Source: a virus (lineage: Duplodnaviria > Heunggongvirae > Uroviricota > Caudoviricetes). From it: a DNA stretch of 64,000 bases. The stretch lies in the IMG/VR virus record IMGVR_UViG_3300037424_001372, positions 140,837-204,836 of that record; one strand, written 5' to 3'. The translations under genes and the position numbers were made by a program. The notes under the pieces were generated by a model that saw only the letters and a program-made list of their open reading frames with translations, did no database searches and was not told where the DNA came from. Each line of letters starts with the position of its first letter. Position 1 is the stretch's first letter. Of the stretch, positions 31,201-39,637 are shown in pieces.

Positions 31201-32641
31201 AACTGAATTAGATAAGATAATTAGAAAAGGAAATTCATTAATTGGTGTACAATTATTATCATCAACTGGATTATTTAAACAAATTTTTGGTAATGAAATA
31301 AAACCATCACAAATTGGTCGTAGAGATTTTAGTCAAGTTAAAACTATGGCAGAATTTTTATTTCTAATGATGAATGGTGTTGTTCAAAATCCATCAGAAT
31401 TTTATTTAAAAAGGTTTAGTACCGAGGATTCTAAAAGAGATAAAACTTATAAAGAACTAAAAGCATTGGAAACGGCATTTAATTCTGATTTAGTTAATCA
31501 ACAAATGTCACCAGCTATTGCAAGGTCAATTGGACACAACATGTATTCAATTGCACCACAATCATTGCAAAGTCAGATATTACCGGAACAAATATCAAAA
31601 GCTGCTCAAGAACTATTACATGGTCAATATCCTAAAAATACCATAGAGTTAGCTTTAAACGGTAACGATTTAATGCAAAAAGGTTTGCAAGGTCAACAAA
31701 TAGGACAAGCGTTGAAAAGTCTTTTAATTAAAGTATATGCTGATGAGGTTCATAATACTAAAGATGAATTGTTTGCAGCTTTAAATAGTATCGGTAAAAA
31801 AACGTTAAACGAATCAAAAGAAAATCAAATCGAATATGGTGCATTAATGTTATTTATTGATACGAATAATTGGAATAAATATACTAGTCTAATTAATAAA
31901 AACGATTTATATGAAAAAAATAATGAATTTGGTGTTGAAGATGAACCACATGTAACATTGTTATATGGATTTAAAGATAATGTTACCAATAAACAAGTAT
32001 TTGATTTATATAAAGAAAAATTTCAACTAAAACCAATTGAAATTGAATTTAACGAGATTTCGATATTTGAAAACGATGATTTTGATGTGGTTAAATTTGA
32101 TATAAAAAATGATGAATTATCTAAAATCAATAAAGAACTTAGAAAATTACCAAATAAATTAACATACCCAACATATCATCCACATATGACAATTGCATAC
32201 GTAAAAAAAGGTCTGGGTGAAAAATATGTGAAAAAACTAAATACTAATTTAAAAATGATTGGTAATAAGTTAGTGTTTTCAACAAAAAAAGAGAAGAAAT
32301 CTATTTTAAATTTAAATAATAATGAAAATTTAAATGAAGGTAAATCATCTTATAATGAAGTTAAAGATTCTTTATTAAAATCTAAATCAATTCCTAAAGA
32401 AATGAAGGAAGAGATTTTAAAGTATTTAACAAGTGGTTCTAATTATCATGAAGGTGGTAGAGTAATAGGGTTAATAAAACCTAAAGAATTGACTGAAAAA
32501 TCGTCAAAAACTAAAGGAGTTAGTATGGGAGCAGATAAGAATGGATTTTATGTTTATACACATAGAGCACGTTCTAAGTCACATCTTACACCAGATAAAA
32601 TAACTGTTAAAGAAATTGATTTTATTGAATCAACTGGTTAA
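28241..32641 (+). CDS. 1466-aa multidomain protein: two protein-kinase-like domains, unknown domain, CCA-adding/poly(A)-polymerase-type nucleotidyltransferase, 2H phosphoesterase, conserved C-terminal domain
   Basis: Kinase 1: GSGTGR..Y, VLKLAK, GD, TDYG. Kinase 2: GGGKFG.AY, ILKIT, KNLG, FDVG. CCA: VGGAVRD, DLD, DL.RRDFTINA, DDPLRMLRA. 2H: PHVTL and PHMTIAY. Confidence 0.85.
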   Translation: MTYNEFKQNYLPELIKINSFAGKKKYIDNYLQSVGSGTGRAVYDIDGNYVLKLAKNPKGIAQNEAEAGAGSYNDTEHIVAKVIDEADDYSWLISEKGKKVTENRIKQITGIPSLLKLYHFLRNYELIVKGKKEFSQLTKEENDFFWENEFSSNLADFVVNYNQSSGDMGRPSTYGEVLRNGQPSIVLTDYGLNDEVYDTHYNPQTKNKYRMYELYNHGEGNDDVLNDIDGDNDIRKSNWALIPYGVDDGDNVVNEEFINFVSNRNKYPNTNINNLPTLADNFHECVNNIRETLNKVDNKKQFYSNLLELQNYLISRDFYHNEPLLIKEDYPKEQADAIAVEIGDKLGVNPKPIGGGKFGVAYDIGNDKILKITKDNSEAYENIKLIGKPLKYIALPYKVFEISTKSNSIKTYGIILEKLKTNPEYFKRMYDRLDYVCKNIFNTDYHTLIDAYVYNDFDYIDVDKNQIESYLSKNPEDFKFFNGILNIIDELKQYDIDSVEFYNVKNLGYKKSGDLGMFDVGFADTSSYPQGIEKYDINISEDGSAKFSTNNSVGQDNFPPYNINDTSPSINNSLDANISMYEERNKSFGSGSKSVEIKKKCKLGGIGNTSVACNQGDINNLEFKSINEVIDAKQAYRDSDAIQAMINGNKDVALISFKRNPDIENILNKNGWGKTKIVQNHDNIDMHLIYRKSQEGLKKAMQLYRILEKKGGYLKDETPEEAREIGRLLDYTDESIDQYVDSKYNGHINENSFENTKVVDNQGKSFPELDVTKSNKLRNNIMNEVNMISLQELPFKQEVEQLGGNIYSVGGAVRDEFLGNESKDLDILITGIPMDKLEEILSKYGRVDAVGKSFGILKFKPKGSEEDIDVAIPRTEKPTGEGGHKGFEVSSDHALPIEKDLKRRDFTINAIAKDINGNLIDPFHGQEDLKNKIIRVVNPEAFSDDPLRMLRAIQFSSRFGFTIEPKTMEMIKNNVSKINEIAAERILTELDKIIRKGNSLIGVQLLSSTGLFKQIFGNEIKPSQIGRRDFSQVKTMAEFLFLMMNGVVQNPSEFYLKRFSTEDSKRDKTYKELKALETAFNSDLVNQQMSPAIARSIGHNMYSIAPQSLQSQILPEQISKAAQELLHGQYPKNTIELALNGNDLMQKGLQGQQIGQALKSLLIKVYADEVHNTKDELFAALNSIGKKTLNESKENQIEYGALMLFIDTNNWNKYTSLINKNDLYEKNNEFGVEDEPHVTLLYGFKDNVTNKQVFDLYKEKFQLKPIEIEFNEISIFENDDFDVVKFDIKNDELSKINKELRKLPNKLTYPTYHPHMTIAYVKKGLGEKYVKKLNTNLKMIGNKLVFSTKKEKKSILNLNNNENLNEGKSSYNEVKDSLLKSKSIPKEMKEEILKYLTSGSNYHEGGRVIGLIKPKELTEKSSKTKGVSMGADKNGFYVYTHRARSKSHLTPDKITVKEIDFIESTG

Positions 32642-32661
32642 TAATTTAATTAAAATTAATA

Positions 32662-33048
32662 ATGAAAAATATTTCGTATAGCGGTGTTGTTTTAGATAAT
32701 GCATCTAAAAATAAATTAGTTGAATATTTTAAATCAATAATTCCTTTAGGATTTGAAATAATTGCACACCATATGACCATTAAATTAGGTGCTTTGGATG
32801 AAAATTCAGAAGCAAAACGAGATATGATTAATAATAAAATCATTACGCTTAATGTTGTTGATTATGCTATTAATAATCTAGTATTTGCAGTTGGTGTCGA
32901 TGGTTATCCTTCAAATAATGTAAAACCTCACATTACAATTGCAGTTAATCGTGTTGAAGGAGGTAAACCATACATGTCAAATAAATTGACTGATTGGAAA
33001 CCATTGAAAAATACTATTAGAATTCAAGGTATTGTAATGGAGATTTAA
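32662..33048 (+). CDS. 2H phosphoesterase (tRNA-ligase cyclic phosphodiesterase-like)
   Basis: Two HxT motifs: AHHMTI and KPHITIA. Confidence 0.75.
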   Translation: MKNISYSGVVLDNASKNKLVEYFKSIIPLGFEIIAHHMTIKLGALDENSEAKRDMINNKIITLNVVDYAINNLVFAVGVDGYPSNNVKPHITIAVNRVEGGKPYMSNKLTDWKPLKNTIRIQGIVMEI

Positions 33049-33079
33049 TTATAAAAAAAATGTTTTAAATTGATAATAT

Positions 33080-33646
33080 ATGATTACGAAAAATAATAAA
33101 AAAGTTATTAAACGACTGTGTACCTACGACTTTGATATGACATTGATTAACACATATTCTCCAGAAATTGGTAAACCTATGTGGGAAAAATATTATGATG
33201 AAAAATTTAAATATTCTGGTTGGTGGGGTAGACCAGAAAGTCTCGATACAAATGTTTTTGATATAAAACCATATCCAGAAATTTTAGAGAAATTAATTTC
33301 AGATAATAATGCTAAAGATACTCATGTTATTATATTAACATCGAGACAGGAAAAACTACGTTCACAACTTGAAAATGTTCTAAAATTGAACAATATTCAT
33401 GTTGATGAAATTGTTATGAAAAAAGGTAATGCTGATAAAGGTGATATTATCATGAAATATGTTAATAATAATCCTGATTTGGAATATATTATTTCATATG
33501 ATGATTTTGCTGGTGGATTGCAAGATAAAATTGATGAATATACTAAAATTAAACCTGAGTTGGATAATAGAGGTATTCAATTTAACATCGTTACTGTGGT
33601 CAATGGTCAAATTAGTAAATTGGCCGAATCAACATGTTATTCATGA
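33080..33646 (+). CDS. HAD phosphatase, Swiss-army-knife RNA-repair-like
   Basis: DFDMTL motif I, WW..PESL, ILTSR motif II, K, and YDD motif IV. Confidence 0.75.
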   Translation: MITKNNKKVIKRLCTYDFDMTLINTYSPEIGKPMWEKYYDEKFKYSGWWGRPESLDTNVFDIKPYPEILEKLISDNNAKDTHVIILTSRQEKLRSQLENVLKLNNIHVDEIVMKKGNADKGDIIMKYVNNNPDLEYIISYDDFAGGLQDKIDEYTKIKPELDNRGIQFNIVTVVNGQISKLAESTCYS

Positions 33647-33692
33647 AGAAATACTAAAATTTAAATAAGAGTATTTATATTAAATTTTTAGT

Positions 33693-34520
33693 ATGTTAAA
33701 AAATGGTAGACCATATCATTTACCCCAATTAAATTTCCCATATGAAATTGTTTTAGAAAAATTAGATGATGAAGGTATTGAATATGATGTTATTGAAGTA
33801 ACGCCAAATGAAAATGATAATATAAATCCTTCTCAATCAATAGTGTATGCCGATGAAATTTCTGGCGTTAATATAGACGATAAACATCCAATTTGGCTTG
33901 CTGGTGATGAAAATATTAATATTTGTGATGGTCATCATCGTTATTTTAAGGCAATGTTTGATAACAAAAGCATTATTGCAATTAAATTAAATTGTTCATT
34001 TAACGATGCTTGTAGAGTTTTGAATAAAATTCAAGACATATATGAATATGAAATGTCACAAGGATTAGAAGAAGTCCAAGTTCAAGATACCATTAATTTT
34101 TATGGTGATGACGATAATCAATTTTTAACTTCTCTTGAAGAAGATAATATATCATTACAAAATGAAACACCTTCGAAAAATACTAAAACTATTATAGGTT
34201 ATAGAGAAAAGCCGATTAATGAAAATTCAGTCGTTGGAAACTTTTTTATGATATCACCAGTTGATGGTTATGATAAATATGAAATCGAGTTTGATAATCT
34301 CTTAGATACAAATTCTTTGGGTATTGTTTATAAAGATAGTCAAGACCCAATAGATATCTTAGCTAAAAGTTGGTTTCCTAACATTAATTTTGAAAAGTTA
34401 AGCACACAACACAATACCCAATCAAATAACCTTAAGTCTAAAGCAATTGCCGAAAAAGCAATAAAAATGGGATTTGATGGAATTAAATATGGGGATAAAA
34501 TAATTCAAGGTTTAAAATAA
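33693..34520 (+). CDS. ParB/Srx-like N-terminal domain plus C-terminal domain (possible ADP-ribosyltransferase-like)
   Basis: ICDGHHRY in the N-terminal half; C-terminal GYR...GNFF and AEKA...GFDGIKY. Confidence 0.55.
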   Translation: MLKNGRPYHLPQLNFPYEIVLEKLDDEGIEYDVIEVTPNENDNINPSQSIVYADEISGVNIDDKHPIWLAGDENINICDGHHRYFKAMFDNKSIIAIKLNCSFNDACRVLNKIQDIYEYEMSQGLEEVQVQDTINFYGDDDNQFLTSLEEDNISLQNETPSKNTKTIIGYREKPINENSVVGNFFMISPVDGYDKYEIEFDNLLDTNSLGIVYKDSQDPIDILAKSWFPNINFEKLSTQHNTQSNNLKSKAIAEKAIKMGFDGIKYGDKIIQGLK

Positions 34521-34525
34521 ATTAA

Positions 34526-35059
34526 ATGAAAAAAAATGTTATACTTGCTTTTATAATGTTAGTTGGATTTTTTTGTGAAATGTCATCTCAAAATTTTTCC
34601 GAATTAGATTATAAAGCAGCTTTTACGACATCAATTGTTAGATATTTTGGTTGGGATAAATCTGTTATTCAATCAGATACTGATTTTGTAATCGGTATTG
34701 TGAAAAATCGTGCCTTATTTAATAAAGTTTATCAAAGTGCTAATAATAAACAATATGGATATCAAAAAATTGTTGTTAAGGAGTTTAATAATGTAAATAA
34801 TATTACAGATTGTCATGTATTATTTATTTCTTCATTAGTTAATTTTTCAAAATATCATAATATCATTCATAATATTATTGGTAAAAATACGTTAATAATT
34901 ACTGAAGCAGATGGTATGATTAAATATGGTTCTTCGATTAATTTCATTATTATAGATAATATACTTAAATTTGAAATCAATAAGAAAAACATTATTAATA
35001 GTAATATTCAATTAAATGGTAAATTAGAAAGATTGACCAATTCAATAATCGTAAATTAA
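34526..35059 (+). CDS. YfiR/HmsC (DUF4154)-like exported protein
   Basis: Signal peptide; KAAF...I.RY..W, F.IGIV, CHVLFIS, L.ITE..G......INF......L.FEIN......I.L...L..L. Confidence 0.75.
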   Translation: MKKNVILAFIMLVGFFCEMSSQNFSELDYKAAFTTSIVRYFGWDKSVIQSDTDFVIGIVKNRALFNKVYQSANNKQYGYQKIVVKEFNNVNNITDCHVLFISSLVNFSKYHNIIHNIIGKNTLIITEADGMIKYGSSINFIIIDNILKFEINKKNIINSNIQLNGKLERLTNSIIVN

Positions 35060-35071
35060 ATTAATGAAAAA

Positions 35072-35428
35072 ATGAAAACATATAAAATAACTAATAACAG
35101 CAATCTATTAGGCAAGCGTGACCCCAAATACAATTCAATAGTTAATGTTGAATATGTCGATAATCGTATAAAAAAAAATAAAATACTAAAAGCAGGTGAA
35201 AGCGCAACATTAACCGTTCAAACATTGCCATTAGCGATTCATAGATTAAGAATAAAAAAATTGGTAGAAATTACTGAAGTTGATGTTATTCCAATACCTG
35301 AACCAGTAAAATTAGAATCTAAAATACTAGTTAAATCAAAACCCATAACAGAACAAATTCCTGTTTATGATGAACATGATGAAAACATTAAGAAAATAAC
35401 TCAAAAGAAAAAAACTACTAACGAATAA
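35072..35428 (+). CDS. Hypothetical protein
   Basis: 118-aa ORF followed by a hairpin. Confidence 0.6.
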   Translation: MKTYKITNNSNLLGKRDPKYNSIVNVEYVDNRIKKNKILKAGESATLTVQTLPLAIHRLRIKKLVEITEVDVIPIPEPVKLESKILVKSKPITEQIPVYDEHDENIKKITQKKKTTNE

Positions 35429-35442
35429 TTGGTAGTTTTTTT
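35408..35442 (+). terminator. Intrinsic terminator
   Basis: AAAAAACTACTAA-CGAATAA-TTGGTAGTTTTTT. Confidence 0.55.
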
Positions 35443-35532
35443 CTTTTAAATTCCTTTCATTTTTGATTAATTTACGTTAATTTTGACTATTTATAAAAAA
35501 TTACATAATAATATAATAATTTATAGTCAAAC

Positions 35533-36915
35533 ATGGACGGAAAAATTAGAATCCTATTTTATAACATAGATGGGGCCGGCGTTAATTATTTTAGAACTTT
35601 AACTCCTGCACAAGAACTTGAAAGAAACCATTCGGATGAATTTTATGTTGAAATTAATCCACAATTAGATTTTAATGACCCTAATACGATAGAATATTTA
35701 AAATCATTTCACATAATACATTACCATCGTCAATTACTTAATGATACGAATCAAATGTTAAGATTGGCTGCTGAATTAAAAAAATCTGGTACAATTTTAA
35801 TTGCAGATATTGACGACTATTGGCATTTACATAAATTACATCCATTTTACCGTACTAGTATTGAAAGGAATTTGGCACAACCAATTATGGATAGTTTGAA
35901 AATTGCCGATTATGTAACAACTACTTCTGATTTGTTTGCAAATAAAATTCGAGAACTTACTAAAAAAGATAATGTTGGTGTATTTTACAATAGTGTGAAT
36001 CCTAAATGGATGAAACAGTTCCAAAATAATTGGAAACCTGACCCAGATGGTTTGGTTCGTATTACCTATATGGCAGGTAGCTCTCACATGGTTGATGTTC
36101 AACAATTACAAGGAGTTATTAACGTATTAAATGCTAATCCTGAAACCAAGGGTAAATTTAAAATTATCATTGCTGGATGGGATACCGAAGGATATACTAC
36201 TGATGTTAAATTTAATCAAGAATTTAGTACTGAACTTCAGAAAAAAGGATTGTGGACTCAAGATGTTGTAAAGGCAATTAATAAATATCATGGTGATGTT
36301 GATATGATACCTAAACTACCTAAAGATTTAAAGGACAAATATAGAGGTAAGTTATTTAATAGTGAACGAAGAGATATTAAATCTGAAGAAAGTGTTTATT
36401 TGGTATATGAAAATATTTTAACTGATAAACATAATATAATTAAGGATGAAGATTATTTAAAATGGTTAAATAATTATGAAAGAAATGTTAGTTATGAGAA
36501 TGAAGGTAATTTTGCCAGACGTTGGACACAAAAAGCTAATAACTATGCAACCGTCCTAGATGAAACCGATATTGTTATCGCACCACTTGCTAATAATGAC
36601 TTCAATGAAATGAAATCTAATTTGAAACAGGTCGAATGTTGGACACGTAAACTTCCAATTGTTTGTAGTGATATTCCTCCTTATAATGTAGATGGCAAAC
36701 ATATGGAAAATTGTGTGTTAATTCCATCTGAAAAAAATGCTCATAAATATTGGGTGAAATATTTGAAAAAACTTATATTGGATGCTGATTTACGTAAAAA
36801 AATTGGTGAACAATTATATGATGATTTTAGCGTTGAATATAATTTGGAACATGTGACCAAAAAACGTGCTGCTTTTTATAAAGAGATTATATCGAAAACA
36901 TTAGAAGTGATTTAA
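35533..36915 (+). CDS. Glycosyltransferase (GT-B, GT4-like)
   Basis: GVNYFR...P, ADIDDYW, ADYVTTTS, DIVIAPL..N.FN..KSNLK..E, PIVCSD..PY. Confidence 0.85.
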   Translation: MDGKIRILFYNIDGAGVNYFRTLTPAQELERNHSDEFYVEINPQLDFNDPNTIEYLKSFHIIHYHRQLLNDTNQMLRLAAELKKSGTILIADIDDYWHLHKLHPFYRTSIERNLAQPIMDSLKIADYVTTTSDLFANKIRELTKKDNVGVFYNSVNPKWMKQFQNNWKPDPDGLVRITYMAGSSHMVDVQQLQGVINVLNANPETKGKFKIIIAGWDTEGYTTDVKFNQEFSTELQKKGLWTQDVVKAINKYHGDVDMIPKLPKDLKDKYRGKLFNSERRDIKSEESVYLVYENILTDKHNIIKDEDYLKWLNNYERNVSYENEGNFARRWTQKANNYATVLDETDIVIAPLANNDFNEMKSNLKQVECWTRKLPIVCSDIPPYNVDGKHMENCVLIPSEKNAHKYWVKYLKKLILDADLRKKIGEQLYDDFSVEYNLEHVTKKRAAFYKEIISKTLEVI

Positions 36916-36929
36916 AAATAAGTAAAATA

Positions 36930-37277
36930 ATGAAAACAATTAAAAATTTTTTTATAAATATTTATAGATATTATGTTATTCGAAAAGAATTAAAATATAG
37001 ATTACGTGGGCGTAAATTACGTGGATATAAATTACCTGATGATAAATATTTGGATTTATTAACCAAAAGTTTATATAAATCATCAAAAATTGTAAAAAAA
37101 GATGTTGATGAAAGTAAAAAAAGAATTGATGATTTTAATAATACTAATTTGGTTAATGGTATAAGAAATTTTATTAATAAATATTATAATGATAGAGAAA
37201 TTGAATTAAATAAAAGGGAGATTGAATTAAATAAATTGGAATTAAAAATTAAAAATAATGAAAAAAACAATAAATAA
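36930..37277 (+). CDS. Hypothetical basic protein
   Basis: 115-aa Lys-rich ORF. Confidence 0.5.
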   Translation: MKTIKNFFINIYRYYVIRKELKYRLRGRKLRGYKLPDDKYLDLLTKSLYKSSKIVKKDVDESKKRIDDFNNTNLVNGIRNFINKYYNDREIELNKREIELNKLELKIKNNEKNNK

Positions 37278-38211
37278 CATATTGTTATATTTTTATTTAA
37301 AATTGAATTCGTTATTATTAAATATTGGTATTATTTTAAATCGAGGTGAAAAGGATGTGTTTAAAATAAATTCAGAAATACCTGAAAGCAAAAAACGAAT
37401 TCAAAGAATGCTATATAAAAATGAATTCTTGGAGATGTTAGTTAGCGATAAAAAAAACGATGTCATTATTCAGAAGTATTATGAGGTATTGAAAAAAGCC
37501 GATTTTTTTATAAAAAAATCAACACCACATCAGATGGCGGTTGCTGCCGATAAGCATGGTAGCAATTATGGTATGAAAGATATATATGGTAGACGTTATG
37601 AACATTATGGTTTTTTTGATGATAAACATAAGCATGTTGGAAAAACTCTTGGAGAAGTGTTAACTACTGAAATTGAAGAAAGAAAAACTAATGATGACGA
37701 TTATGAAATCATGTATATGTTTAATAATAACCCAATTCAAGTGGGATTATCCAAAATATTTGAGGTTGTTGATGAAATAAAAAAACCTGAAGAAATTACC
37801 GAAAATATTACTGATAAAGAAAAAACCGCCTCAATTCATAAAAAAGTTGTTTATAAATTAAGCGACATTAAGAAGAAATCTAAAACATATGAATTTCCGA
37901 TAAAAGTTATTCATAATAATGAAAATGTTGTCAATAAGATCGAAGAACTCACTAAATTTTTACATGTAAAAAAAATTGGCTTAGAGTATCGACAATTAGA
38001 ATTTTTCATACCTTTGGATTTTAAAACAAATGAATTTGATAATGATTCTGATATTATAAATAATATTATTGATGTTAAGGAAGTGTATGTCCTAAATGAA
38101 TATGGTGAAATTATTGGTTTTTCGGTCGATAAATTTTTAAAACGAATAGAACATAATTCTTACGATGTTTTCAAATTCACAGGAATTCAAATGGAAATAA
38201 TTAATAAATAA
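37258..38211 (+). CDS. Hypothetical protein
   Basis: 317-aa ORF. Confidence 0.65.
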   Translation: MKKTINNILLYFYLKLNSLLLNIGIILNRGEKDVFKINSEIPESKKRIQRMLYKNEFLEMLVSDKKNDVIIQKYYEVLKKADFFIKKSTPHQMAVAADKHGSNYGMKDIYGRRYEHYGFFDDKHKHVGKTLGEVLTTEIEERKTNDDDYEIMYMFNNNPIQVGLSKIFEVVDEIKKPEEITENITDKEKTASIHKKVVYKLSDIKKKSKTYEFPIKVIHNNENVVNKIEELTKFLHVKKIGLEYRQLEFFIPLDFKTNEFDNDSDIINNIIDVKEVYVLNEYGEIIGFSVDKFLKRIEHNSYDVFKFTGIQMEIINK

Positions 38212-38216
38212 AAAAT

Positions 38217-38681
38217 ATGGGAAGTTTTTTAGATGACTTAAAAAATGCTGTAGATACTGGTAAATTAAATTCAGATGCTGCAAAAAAAATACTTGAAATA
38301 AGTGATTTAGCCGATACTAAATTAACGACAAGTAATAGAGATGACCTTGAAAAAATTAAAACAAATTTAGAGCAGCGATTAGTTGATGGTTCTGAGCCTA
38401 ATGATGGAAGAAAAATCACCGAAGAAGAAGTTGTTGAAATGAATTCTATTTATGATGAAAAAATGGAACACATTCGTATGACCAATATAGCTAATAATCA
38501 ATTGGCTACTTTAATTGATATCGAAGATATGATATTAGCAAGTATTGGTGATATGTTTACTTTTTTAACTGAAATTAAATCTAAATTTGATGAGGAATTA
38601 AATAATTATCCAGAATTTAGTGATTTAAATCAAAAGATAAATAAAATCGAAGAAACTTATAGTTCTATTATTAACAAATAA
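38217..38681 (+). CDS. Hypothetical acidic helical protein
   Basis: 154-aa ORF. Confidence 0.6.
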   Translation: MGSFLDDLKNAVDTGKLNSDAAKKILEISDLADTKLTTSNRDDLEKIKTNLEQRLVDGSEPNDGRKITEEEVVEMNSIYDEKMEHIRMTNIANNQLATLIDIEDMILASIGDMFTFLTEIKSKFDEELNNYPEFSDLNQKINKIEETYSSIINK

Positions 38682-38693
38682 ATTTATATTTTT

Positions 38694-39158
38694 ATGGCTA
38701 AAATTGAAAAAGCATCTCAGGATGTTGTTGAATTGTTTGATGAGGTTCGTAATGAAACTTCTATACCTAATTGGGTTATGTTTGAAGTCCTTTGTAATAA
38801 CAAACAAAAAAAAGATGTTTGTAAGATTTTCAAATCAAGTGATATTTTAGAAGTTTTAACTGAAGGAGTTAATTTCGTTGTTATTATTAATGAAGAAATT
38901 TTAGATACACTTCCAGATGAATTGAAAAGGATGGCAATAATGGAATGTATTACAGGTGTTAATGTCAGTGAAAGTGATTCTCTTTCATTAGATAAACATG
39001 ACTTTAATACATATACCGGAGTCTTACAAAGATATGGTCATGAGGAAATAATTAAACTTCATGAATCGATTAAAAGTCTTTACGATAATAAAAAGCAAAA
39101 GGAAGATGAGGAAAAGGCTGCTACCAAAGGTAAAAGAGGTAGGAAAGCTAAAAACTAA
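38694..39158 (+). CDS. Hypothetical protein (distantly like putative phage metallopeptidases, HExxH absent)
   Basis: HDFNTY.GVLQRYG motif and basic tail. Confidence 0.45.
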   Translation: MAKIEKASQDVVELFDEVRNETSIPNWVMFEVLCNNKQKKDVCKIFKSSDILEVLTEGVNFVVIINEEILDTLPDELKRMAIMECITGVNVSESDSLSLDKHDFNTYTGVLQRYGHEEIIKLHESIKSLYDNKKQKEDEEKAATKGKRGRKAKN

Positions 39159-39173
39159 TATTGGTTGAACATT

Positions 39174-39204
39174 AAAATCCCGACAATATTGTCGGGATTT
39201 TTTT
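39174..39204 (+). terminator. Intrinsic terminator
   Basis: AAAATCCCGACAA-TA-TTGTCGGGATTTT plus T-run. Confidence 0.8.
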
Positions 39205-39235
39205 GTTTATTAGTATTTATAGAAAATTATTTATA

Positions 39236-39634
39236 ATGAATTCGTTTAATATCACGTTTCCTTTTAGGGATGATAATGAAACCAATAGTTTTATTAATAT
39301 GAATCAAGTGACTAAAGATTCATATAGCTCAAATTTATTATTATTATTATTAACACAAAAGGGTGAAAGATATTATGAACCTGATTATGGTACTAATTTG
39401 GTGAAATATATTTTCGAGCCTAACGATGGTATTACTGAAGATAAAATTGAAGACGAACTTAGAGAAACTGTTTCATTATATATTCCGCAAATAAAAATTA
39501 CTTCAGTGACTTTTAATAGATTAACCGATAGAGATGGTTATTCAATAAGTGAAAATCAATTAAATGTGCATATTGAATTTACTTATACCGAAGGTTCTTT
39601 AAGTGAAAATGGTAATGTTGATTTAAATTTTTAA
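39236..39634 (+). CDS. Baseplate wedge protein, gp25/GPW-like
   Basis: I.FPF, LLLT.KGER...PDYGTNL..YIFEP, YIPQI.I..V; ATG 39236 lies 15 nt after a TATTTAT motif. Confidence 0.85.
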   Translation: MNSFNITFPFRDDNETNSFINMNQVTKDSYSSNLLLLLLTQKGERYYEPDYGTNLVKYIFEPNDGITEDKIEDELRETVSLYIPQIKITSVTFNRLTDRDGYSISENQLNVHIEFTYTEGSLSENGNVDLNF

Positions 39635-39637
39635 TAT

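Noticed and set aside
38694-39158. Active metallopeptidase
   Set aside because: No HExxH; only a weak C-terminal resemblance.
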